A model generated the notes under the pieces. That model had not been told where the DNA came from and made no database searches. It saw only the letters and a program-made list of their open reading frames with translations. Both the position numbers and the translations under genes were made by a program. Positions 15,690 through 26,100 of a stretch of 37,416 nt of DNA are shown here, piece by piece. How positions within the stretch are numbered: position 1 is the stretch's first letter; each line of letters opens with the position of its first letter. Origin of the DNA: a virus (lineage: Duplodnaviria > Heunggongvirae > Uroviricota > Caudoviricetes); IMG/VR virus record IMGVR_UViG_3300029911_000006. One strand, written 5' to 3'.

Positions 15690-18600
15690 GATAGGTGCGT
15701 ACTACAGCCGAACCGAAGACCCCGTGCTTCTTGAGCGGGATGCGAAGTTCGATGAGCTTGCTGACGCCCAGCGAGGACTCCCTGAGTCCGCCATGCTTCG
15801 TATCCAACATCATCTATTAGGTGCTGGTGTAGCCTCGGTCGTCGTAGAAAGCTGTGGGGACCTCACCAATCGCATGAGTCAGCACTTCTCCTCGTTCGAG
15901 GGTCAGTATGGCATCGTGAAGGACAAGGTGGAGAAGTGCCTCCGCTACCTCAAAAGCGACTACGGCTTCGAGCGTGAGATGACCAAGAACATGCAGAACA
16001 ACTATGCCTCTTACGCGGAGAGCAACAGCCCGAAGTTGAAGGGTCGCTCCTTCGAGGAAGTGAAGGCGGAGTTCTTCAGCCTGTGGGATGCCTATGCCGA
16101 CATGCACAGACAGTTGCGGGTGTTCAACTACCCCCAGCGTATCGCCCGTGACGCGGCAATCGCGTTGGGTCAACGTCGCTTCGCTGCCTGTGTCCATAAC
16201 CTCACCCTGTTGAAGAACATCATCGACAAGGGAGAGGAAGCGTACATCGCTGCCGCTGGTGAGTATCACCCGGCGAAGACGGCCAGCGACAAGACCCCAC
16301 CATTCTCAGACACCGTATACCCGAACATGGACAAGCCCGATGGCGAGGGCTCGAACGCCTATGCTCTCATGCCGGATAAGACGGAGGGGTACAACACCGA
16401 CATCAGCCTCGAACGCTTGATGGGGGAGAGTCCTGCCGACAAGCCTCAGCACGCACCGCCTTCGTTGAAGCGTGCTTCAGGCATCCCCACGTGGATGCAG
16501 TTCCTGAGAAACATGAAGGGTATCCGGGGTCTGCTGGACGAGTTGGTCGCTTGGGATAACTATGACCCAAGTGAACTTGGGGTGAACACAAAGAGGGAAG
16601 CTCTAGTAATCGCGGGTCAAGAGTTGAAGGTTAGCTTCGATGAGTACGCAGAGTTCCATAAGAGTCACACGTATCCTATGAAGGTGTGGCGTGTGATTAC
16701 GCTGCCGGACGGTATTGATTCCCTCAACACCAACAGCGTGGGAATCTACTGGTCGTGGGATATGGACGCGGCTGAGTCCCATTCAGGTACAGGCCGTCAC
16801 GGCGGCAACAACTGGCTGCTTGAGGCTGAGATTCAGAACAATGACATTGACTGGTACGGCACACTCCTCGCCAACATTGAACCGGGGAATGGTGCGGATG
16901 AGTGCGAGATTCGCTTGAAGCCCGGAGCACAAATTAAGCTCATCAGTCAGAAGGCTGTGGACGCTGGAATCAACAACAGTTGGTCTGAGGAACAGGATGT
17001 CCCCCTCAACAAGATGGTCACAGCGTTCCAAGATGACCCAGACTGGGCGGACGCATACGGAGATGACGAGGATGGTGCTCTTGACTATGATGCACCTAAC
17101 TATGTATCCGGCGAGTGCTATCAGTACGCCATCGCTCTGGTTGAGTTGACCGGCTTCACACCGTACATCATCAATGACAGTGAAGAAGGCCCAGTCCATG
17201 CTGTTGTGATGCACCCAAGCAAGAAGTTCTTGGATGCTTCCGGTCTCCTCACGTTGAAGCAGATTGAAAAGAAGTACGGGCTGACAAAGCCGTTCGCCAC
17301 TCCAACCACGTTGGAAGGGTTGACAGCTATGTGCTTCCCCGAGGATGAAGAGATTGAGGATGCCAAGAAGGTTGCCATTCCGCAGTTGAAGAAGCTGGGC
17401 ATCCCGGCGAAGACCGCTGCACGGGTTCGTCCGGCGATTGTAAATTTCGACGCCCTGACCCTTTACGAGTTCTTGGAACAGGAAGGTCTCGCGGATAAGT
17501 TCGAAAACATGGACGAGGATGACCAGTATCTGAAGGAAGAGTTGTACGCCGAGAACCTTGAACACTTCGGTACGATGACGTTCCCCATCACCGTGTGGCG
17601 TGCCCTTGAGGTTCCTGAAGGTCAGGACGTGAACCTTGAACAGGCTGGCGTTTATTGGACATGGGTGGAGAACAGTGCTGACGCTTACTTTGGCGGCTCT
17701 TCCATGTGGGCACCTTCCGGTGCTAAGAAGGGTGAGCACGTTTGCATCGAGGCTCAGGTGATGCGTGCCGAGGATGTCGATTGGAAGGGTACGATGCGTG
17801 CCAACTTCATCGACCCTGACGAGAACGAATTACGTGTGCTCCCCGGCACTGAGTTGAAGCTGGTTGGTATCCAGCGTGAGGGTGCGGACTTCTCGTATAA
17901 TCCGGTTCCGGGTGTACACACTGTTACCGCTTCATCGAAGACGGCCATCGCTCCCTACTTCACCAAGGCTCAAGACCTCTATCGCGTCCTGCAAGACCGC
18001 TGGAACTTCGCCACTAAGTCTAAGTGGTACGGGAAGCCCGACGTATCGGTGGGCAAGCTGGAAGGATACGATGTCCGCAAGACCATGGATGATGAAGGGG
18101 CACCGTTCTTCGCCCTCTATGACCCGGTGAATAAGGTGTGGGCCGCTTACTGCGAATTCAATGAGCAGAAGGGTGAGCACTATTTCACAGTCGGGGCAAT
18201 CGCCTTCCTCCCGCAATACACAGGTCTTGGTCTCGCGGCGAAGTGGTATGCATGGCTCATCAAGAATAACCAGACCCCTGTGCTTGTCTCCGGGGAGAAG
18301 CAGACCCGTGGCGGTCAAGGCATCTGGGAGCAGTTGGCGAAGATGCCGGGTATCTTCATCTATGCGTGGAACCCGAACACCAACGAATACTTCAGCGTTG
18401 ACCAAGACGACCTGCACGCGGAGAAGTTGATTTGGGAGAACGACAACGACGATGACTACGACTTGCTCCGCAAGGAACTATTGGAGCCTGATCTGTCGCC
18501 AGAGCGTTACGAGCAAATCACGGATGAGATTGAAGTTATGAATGAGGACAAGCTGAACGCCAGAGACTTGTATCTTGTTGCAGTGAAGGACACCCCGCAA

Positions 18601-20010
18601 GCTAGGAAGGGTGCCAGCGTCAAGTTTTCCAGCAGAAAAACTTCTGGTTTAGATGTTTCAACCCTAATTAAGGGAGTAGGGGTTGCCTTGCTATCTGGCA
18701 TCGTTGGTGTAATGGCGGTTAAACCTTCATCACCCCCACCTATGAGTGCGACTGATAAGCAACTGACTCAAGTTGGTCACGAGATGATTAAAAACCTCCC
18801 TAATTCAATCAAGAGCAGAATCGGGAACCCCGACACTATTATCTTCAAAGAAGGCGATACTGGTGGGTATATTGCAGAGGTGGCTGAGCCGGGGAGCCGT
18901 GTTGTATACATAAACCCTAAATATGTTGATGCTTTTTTGCATACAATCGTAGCTGACCAATTAACTGCACATGAAGTAACGCACATCATGCAAGATAGAG
19001 TTGATCCACAGAGGAATAAATTTCCTAAGGACAACGAAAATGACCGATACGGTAAGTTCACTGGCTACGAGGACTCTTGGGCGACTCTTCGTGACCTTAG
19101 GGCTAAAGGCGACCGTATGTGGAATCATTCGGACGAGGAACAGGGCATGATAGTTCAACAGTATGAGGCACTAAAAGATACTTTGAACATTACAACCGAC
19201 CCAAAAGGCAAGCAAGAAGTCAAGAATAAGTTGAAGTTCTACGAGCCCTACATTCAAGATTATGACCAACTAAAGGTAGGTCATCGCCATGCGAGGACTG
19301 CCCGGATGTCTGACGTACTCCCTTATGACTTCGAAGCTTACGTGAAGAAACATGGCGGCTTCGAGGCTCTCACTAAATTCATTGGTATAGATACCTCCGA
19401 CTTGGAACGATACGCATGGAGCGACACTGACGCCTATGAAGCGTTGCAAGATGACCCGAAGGCTCAGGAAGAATGGTTGATGGAACGGGTGTACGAAGAT
19501 TGGTGGCGGAGGTACGACGAAGCCCTGTCCATGCACGACAGTTGGGCATGGCCGCTCACGATCTGGCGACAAGTTACACTCAAGGATTTGAACGCCCTCA
19601 AGACTAAGGGCATTGGTATCTACTGGGCTTACGAGGAAAGTGCAGCCGAGGCTCACTGGGGGGACTTCAGTCAGGGTTCGAGCAAGTTCACAATTGAGGC
19701 TCAAGTTAATGAGGATTCGGTGGACTGGGAGTCCACCATGTATGCGAACCTCAACCCGTCCACCGGAGAGGACGAGAAGGAACTCACGCTCAAGGAAGGT
19801 GCCCCCCTCAAAATCACCCGCTGGAAGGGTGACGATGGTGTGTGGAAGAACCCCCTCCCCGCGTGGAAGCGAGTCACGGCTGCTGCTGGCGACCGCAACA
19901 CACTCGTTCCTCGCAACAACACCGAGAACCCCGGTATGCACCGGGAGCCCCTCTTCGATGAGAGCTTCGCAGAGGACGATTCCAACCAGCCGCCCGTGGC
20001 TCACGGCTGA
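15682..20010 (+). CDS. Polyvalent protein 2 (1442 aa): helical domain, three ExE-type ARTs, papain-like domain, GNAT, TM plus zincin
   Basis: Three paralogous (V/I)WR...G(I/V)YW...DW..T..AN...E.E...(P/E)G modules; GEC...HAV...FLDASG triad; GLGLA GNAT; hydrophobic stretch followed by AHEVTH. The TTG start overlaps the previous stop and has SD GGGGTGAG. Confidence 0.88.
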   Translation: MNKIGAYYSRTEDPVLLERDAKFDELADAQRGLPESAMLRIQHHLLGAGVASVVVESCGDLTNRMSQHFSSFEGQYGIVKDKVEKCLRYLKSDYGFEREMTKNMQNNYASYAESNSPKLKGRSFEEVKAEFFSLWDAYADMHRQLRVFNYPQRIARDAAIALGQRRFAACVHNLTLLKNIIDKGEEAYIAAAGEYHPAKTASDKTPPFSDTVYPNMDKPDGEGSNAYALMPDKTEGYNTDISLERLMGESPADKPQHAPPSLKRASGIPTWMQFLRNMKGIRGLLDELVAWDNYDPSELGVNTKREALVIAGQELKVSFDEYAEFHKSHTYPMKVWRVITLPDGIDSLNTNSVGIYWSWDMDAAESHSGTGRHGGNNWLLEAEIQNNDIDWYGTLLANIEPGNGADECEIRLKPGAQIKLISQKAVDAGINNSWSEEQDVPLNKMVTAFQDDPDWADAYGDDEDGALDYDAPNYVSGECYQYAIALVELTGFTPYIINDSEEGPVHAVVMHPSKKFLDASGLLTLKQIEKKYGLTKPFATPTTLEGLTAMCFPEDEEIEDAKKVAIPQLKKLGIPAKTAARVRPAIVNFDALTLYEFLEQEGLADKFENMDEDDQYLKEELYAENLEHFGTMTFPITVWRALEVPEGQDVNLEQAGVYWTWVENSADAYFGGSSMWAPSGAKKGEHVCIEAQVMRAEDVDWKGTMRANFIDPDENELRVLPGTELKLVGIQREGADFSYNPVPGVHTVTASSKTAIAPYFTKAQDLYRVLQDRWNFATKSKWYGKPDVSVGKLEGYDVRKTMDDEGAPFFALYDPVNKVWAAYCEFNEQKGEHYFTVGAIAFLPQYTGLGLAAKWYAWLIKNNQTPVLVSGEKQTRGGQGIWEQLAKMPGIFIYAWNPNTNEYFSVDQDDLHAEKLIWENDNDDDYDLLRKELLEPDLSPERYEQITDEIEVMNEDKLNARDLYLVAVKDTPQARKGASVKFSSRKTSGLDVSTLIKGVGVALLSGIVGVMAVKPSSPPPMSATDKQLTQVGHEMIKNLPNSIKSRIGNPDTIIFKEGDTGGYIAEVAEPGSRVVYINPKYVDAFLHTIVADQLTAHEVTHIMQDRVDPQRNKFPKDNENDRYGKFTGYEDSWATLRDLRAKGDRMWNHSDEEQGMIVQQYEALKDTLNITTDPKGKQEVKNKLKFYEPYIQDYDQLKVGHRHARTARMSDVLPYDFEAYVKKHGGFEALTKFIGIDTSDLERYAWSDTDAYEALQDDPKAQEEWLMERVYEDWWRRYDEALSMHDSWAWPLTIWRQVTLKDLNALKTKGIGIYWAYEESAAEAHWGDFSQGSSKFTIEAQVNEDSVDWESTMYANLNPSTGEDEKELTLKEGAPLKITRWKGDDGVWKNPLPAWKRVTAAAGDRNTLVPRNNTENPGMHREPLFDESFAEDDSNQPPVAHG

Positions 20011-20135
20011 CAGCCAGAAGGCCCAACCGAAGCCCAAGGAGATTCCGGTGGTTCAGGAACAACTTGAACTCGGGCCGGACTTCGTGGAAGTCACTCCACA
20101 AAACTGACCTACCGAGTTGATTATTAGGGATTAAT

Positions 20136-23100
20136 ATGGCAGAACTTTCTACGCGCACCCAACAATTTGAAGACCGCCCCGGTGAAGGTGAATACGAGGG
20201 GTACTCCATTGGGTACGACAAATCCGGTGAGAAGCAGATTCTACACGAGTTCCGTTACAAGGCTGACTGCTCTGTAACCGATGAAAACGTGCCCATCAAC
20301 CGTCTTCAGCACACCCAGTCCAGCCGGGACACCAAGAACGAACGTGTCGAGGAGATGAAACAGGGTCTCCGTGAGAAGTGGATTGAAGCTGTTTTGGTCA
20401 CCACGACCGATGGCAAGACCTTCAAGCTGTCGGATGGGCACCACCGCGTTGCGGCGGCAGAGCAGATGGGCTTCAAGACCATCCCTGCTATCGTGATTCG
20501 TCTGGACTACGGTTCGGACTGGAAGATTTCGTCCGACGATAAGACCGCCACACCCCACGACCAAGAAGCAAACTCTGATGGCCCAGTTGGGTTCTTCGAG
20601 CCTGTGGAAAATCCGCACAGCGTTCAGCCGTTGTGTGCTTCTAAGAATGCGAACATCACCGAGCAGCAGGAAGTCATCCTTCAGAAGATGCAGGACAACC
20701 AGAAGATTATCCGGGAGGGATTCAAAGACCTCAATAACCGGGCGAAGCTGGAGGAAGCTGCCAACCTTGTTCAGGAGAACGCTGAGCTTGAAACTGAACT
20801 GAATGAGTTGTGGCGTGCTTACAGAGCAGCCAACCCCCCACCTGAGCCTGTGAAAGAGTTCACCTATCAGGTTCCAAACACTCCCGCGTTCAAGGCATGG
20901 TTTAACGGCTCGAAGGTCGTTGACGCCAAGGGCAACCCCCTGCGTGCCTATCACGGTACGACCAAGGACTTCGATGAGTTCGATACAACCCCGAAGCCCG
21001 ATGGCAAGAACCCAGACTGGGGCGGAGCCATGGGCTCATGGTTCACCACCGAGTCCCTGCATCAGGGTAACTACGACGAAGGCAATGCGGAGTTCGTAGC
21101 GGAGAGCTTCACTCAGGGTAAGAACTGGGACGAGTACAAGCCCGGTGCCCACGTGAAGCCGGTCTGGCTGTCTATCAAGAACCCCGCAGAGTTTGAAGAG
21201 TACGAACACTTTCAGGACGACCGTCGCTCTTACCCCTCGTGGCAAGACTTCCGCAAGCATCTTGAAGCGGAGGGTCATGATGGTCTTGTGATTCGCAACA
21301 GCATGTCGGATGGCAACGCTGACCGTGATGACTGGGTTGCATTCAGCCCGAATCAGGTGAAGAGTGCTGTTGGCAACGCGGGTACATACGACCCCAGCGA
21401 CAAGCGTATCACAGCTTCGGTTGCAGACGAGATACTAATCGACGCTAAGGAAGCGTCGGCTAAGACCGTGCGTGCCTACCATGGCACGACGCACGACTTC
21501 GACCTGTTCGACACTCCTGCGATGTTCACTGTCAAGAAGTCCTATGCTGAGGACATCATCGCGGGTCTACCGAATGGTCACATCATTGAGGCCATCCTGA
21601 CCATCAACAACCCGGCTGACCTCCACGCGATGCACATCAGTCCGAGTGTTCCCAACTTCAAGGAGATTGCTGCGGAGCTTGAGGCTCAAGGATACGATGG
21701 AGCCCAGTACCGGAATGAAGCGTGGATAGCGTTCCACCCTGACCAGATTCGTGTGGTGCAGCCAAAGACCGCAGCGGCAAAGACTCGCTATAAGGAGATG
21801 AACGCTAAGGGTTCGTATCGCATCGAAGCTTACCACGATTTGAAGTTGGTTGGACAGGTTTCAGCCAAGATAGATTGGAACGACCCTTCGGCCCTTGAAA
21901 TTGGATTCATCACCGTGGACAAGGATTACCGTCGCCAAGGAATTGGTTCGGAACTATACCGCCATCTCTTCGAGTATGCCAAGAAGGAAGGCTTCGAAGC
22001 GGTGTACTCCGACCATGCGTTGAAGCCGGGAGCCAAGGCTATCTGGAAGAAGCGTATCAAGACCGACCCGACTGTAACTCATGAGAAGTATGAAGATGAC
22101 TACGACACAGGCAAGCGGTACCGCAAGTCATTGACCGCTGCTGGCCTCAAACCCGTAGGTATCGACAGCTTGCCTCGCGATACACAGGGCGACATCGCCT
22201 ATATGGTCTACGACCGCGTGGAATTCCTGCAACGTGCGGGATACGATGAGACCGACGTATTCAACAACCTTTTCGGTATCGCGGATGAGCCGAAGGTGAA
22301 GGCTGGCTCCGTTCCAGTTGAGCCTCTTTATGCCACAATGGACAGGGCCGTGAGTGAAGCAGCCGTTACCAAGTACATCGCGATGCTTCAGCAAGACCCC
22401 AGCTTTGAATTCGACCCCATCCTCATGGCGGATGGAAAGTTCCTTGACGGTGCCCACCGTTTGGAAGCGTATCACCGCGTGGGTCGCAAGACGATTCCTG
22501 TGGTGGACATCACCAACCTTCTCCACGCGAGTGAGGACGCTTGGTATAACTGGATGAACGGTGAGGATGTCACTGCCGCTCAGACGTTCAAGCTGGCTTC
22601 AGCCCAGTTGCTTTACCACGGAACCTCCGTGGACAACGCCCGTCTCATCGAGCAGCAGGGTATCACGCCGGGGAGCGACGATACTGTGCATCTCTCCACT
22701 AGCCCAAGTGTGGCCCGTGATTTTGCTCGTGTGATGATGCGGAGCACAAACAACCGGGTTGATATAAAGCCGACTGACCAGTACGCTGTGGTAGTTGTTG
22801 ACCGCAGCAAGTGCCCTGAGCTTTTCGAAAACTTCGGCTCTCACAACTACAGCACTGAGTATGGTGTGGGCATCCCGGTTGACGCCATCCTTCGCGTGGA
22901 TACATTCGATGCGTCCACAGACACTAAGACAGCGGCCAAATACCCCACACCAGAAGGCATCACCTTCAGAGTGGCAGGTTCCCCTCGTTATGGGTTTCTC
23001 ATCAGTGCCTACCTCGATGATGCGTATCTTGGAGATGAGAGAATAGGCTTCATCAATCTCTCTCCGTATCATGTTCGCAATCAGAAGGATGAAGAGGTAG

Positions 23101-26100
23101 CCTTCTTTGTTAGTGGTGTCGAGGTACTGGCTGAGTTCAGAGAACGTGGCATCGGTCTGCTCCTGTACAAGGAAGCCATCAAGCTGGCACAGAAGAAGGG
23201 AGCCGTCAAACTATATCAGGGAATCCCTCAGACGCAGGACGCCGCTATCATCTGGAATCGCTTGGCTAAGGAGTATCCAGTAGAATTGGGCGGGGTGACC
23301 GGGGACTCCAAGTTTATACCGTTGGTAAAGACGGCCAAGCTGGCATCCTACGACCAGATAGACATCAAGGTTGATGGCGGCTATGTGCGTGGACGCATCC
23401 TTGACGATTACGACGAACTGCGTAGCTGGGCTGAAGCTGTTCAGATGGAAGACCCGGAAGAACTTGAAATGATGCTGTCTGAAGCAGAGCCTTGGGCATC
23501 CTTAGGCTCAGTCGGTGTTGACCTCGATAAGCGGGGTACGGGCTTGGGTAAGCAACTCGTCGCTCAGTTCATTGACGCTGCACGTGCCCATGGAGCGAAC
23601 TCCATTATCCTGCTGGCAACGGTGGATGGTGAACAGGTTGAGGGATTCGACCTCCAGACTTGGTATGAGCGGTTGGGGTTCAATGTAGTCACAACCACCG
23701 AACAGGGTCTCCCTGTAATGGAGCGTAGCGTGGAGCCCCTGAACAAGATGGCGGCAATGACCCACGAGAAGAACTGCAACCGTGTTCGCTTTGAGGACTT
23801 GGAGTCCTACAACGGTTCATGCCCTGCGTGCAAGGTTATCTCTGACAGCTACAAGGAAAACCTCGCGGCTGCGTTGGACATCATGGAGCGTGAAAAGGTC
23901 GCCGACCGCAAGCCGACTCGGGATGAGACTGAAATTGCCATGCGTGAGCTTTACCCTGAGCTTGCGGAGAAGATGGACAGGCAGCGGTCGGGCATCTCGG
24001 AAGAGCAGCACCTTCGTGACCAGTTCAATCACTGGCAGAGGGAGTTTCTCGACCGTGAGTACCCTGACCTTGCGATGACCGCCTCCGGCGAAGGATACAA
24101 CGAAGTGCTGTATCACGTTACCAAGACCACCAACGTGGCTAAGATAAAGAAGAACGGTCTGCAACGGTTCAAGCCATCCAACTGGGCTGTCGCTGAGAGC
24201 GGTGCGCGTTATGGTGAGGGAGAAGTCTACGCCATGACTGAGGAGTTCGATGCTCTCCGTTGGGCTGGTCGTATGGACTGGGAGTTGAACAAGAAGACCG
24301 GCAGCGGCAAGATTTCCATCGTCCGCTTCAAGCCGGGTGAGGAAGAGTGGGAAGTGGATTATAACGACCCGATGTCTCAGGGGGGTAATCGTGGACAGTG
24401 GATAAAGACCATGAGTCCTATCCCCGCGTCTCAGATTATCGACGCCTATCCGGTCGGGCCTGACCAAATCAAGCGGTTTATTGAGCTACGCGATGCCGAG
24501 TGGAACAAGACCTCTACCCTGCACACACAGGAAGACGCTCAGGCGTTGATTGGCGATTTGCAAAGCAAGGGCATCTCCACCAAGCTGGTGGGGGGCGTCG
24601 AACAACGTGGAGAGTCTTTCCATGACATCGACTTACTTACTACGCAAGCAGTGGCGAGGGACAGTATCATTCAGGCATTCACAGAACTTGGGTGGACGCA
24701 TTTCGGCCAGTCGAACGTGTCGCCGGAAGAGGCTGCTGAGCCTCAAGATGGCAAGACCTATCACCAAGGCTGGTCTGAAATCCTGCACTTCCGCAAGGGA
24801 GTAGTCCCCAACGAGCAGAAGGTGGACTTCTGGATTCCCTCGCCGATGAAGTCGGCGGCACAGATTTCCGATGTGTTCCATGGGACGACACAGGGGTTCG
24901 AAGCGTTCTCGCTCGAACATGCGTCTGAGTCCAGTTGGTACGGCAAGGCGTTCTTCTTCACCAGTGACTACACCGAGGCTAAGCAGTATGCCAACCCGGA
25001 CAACGACGACCTCGCTGGTCGCCTTGAGATTCTTCGCGACAAGATTCTCAATGAATGGTATGACAAAGACGACCTTGCGATGATGAAGTATGACCATGAT
25101 GGAGAAGAGGGAGAGGTTTCCGAGGAGTACAAGGAAGCTCTGGCCGATGCTTTTGCTGAAGCCAAGAAAGAGATTGTAGGCAACGAGCCCAGCATCAAGC
25201 GTGTCCGCATCGAGTTGAACAAGCCGGTGAAGGTCAGTCGCGGCGGCACAACGTTCACAGCGGACGAGACGTTCAAGCAAGCTCTTGAGTCAGTCGCGAC
25301 GAAGCATCAGGTGAAATGGGTCGAGCAGATATACGACGTGCTCATCAACAGCGTGATTCAGAAGACCACGTTCTCCGCACTGGAGTTCGAGGAAGGTGCA
25401 AAGCGTCTGGAAGTATGGGGGTTAAACATCAGTAAGCCCGGACAGTTCGTAGCTGACGTGTATCGTGCTCTGGGCTTTGACGGCATCATCATGACACCGA
25501 GTTCGGTGTTCCGTCGTCGTGGATTGAAGTTCAATCCCGGCACCAAGCATTACATGGTATGGGATACATCGCAGATTAAGTTGGAAGGTACAGACCCGGT
25601 GAAGACCGCCGCCGCTAACTACACCGGCCCTTACGCTTTCTACATCGAAGTGCCTAAGTCGGCACGTGACCACTTCTGGTCGCCGGTTCCTGAGGGGCAG
25701 TGGGAGTTTTGGGCGTTCCGCACTCGTCCTCGCGTGCTCAAGGGAGAGAAGATCATCTTCACCTTCGACAAGAAACCGGTCGCTGAAACTGTGTGCGATC
25801 ACGTGGAGAAGCCGGGTGAGTCGAAGTGTGAGTTGACGGGCAAGTACGAGAGACACTGGAAAATCGTGTGGCTCCCTTCTGATTTCAAAAAATACAAGGA
25901 GAAGACCGCCAGCCCTGACTTTGGTTACTCCAAATTCAATGACCGCGAAGCTGACCTCGCCAAGTTAAAGTGGAGTGTACTAGCCACGGACTTTACAATT
26001 GATATCAACGCACGAGACCCTGAAGCTAACCCCCACGCTACACCACCGGGGTTTCTGGAGGCGAGTGCTTATGACTCTACAGGAAGGCTGAGTTCAGACG

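Noticed and set aside
19613-20107. Alternative-frame ORF whose tail (KAQPKPKEIPVVQEQLELG...) might extend polyprotein 2 by frameshift
   Set aside because: It mostly overlaps a clearly coding ART module in another frame, there is no slippery sequence, and the tail has no recognisable motif.
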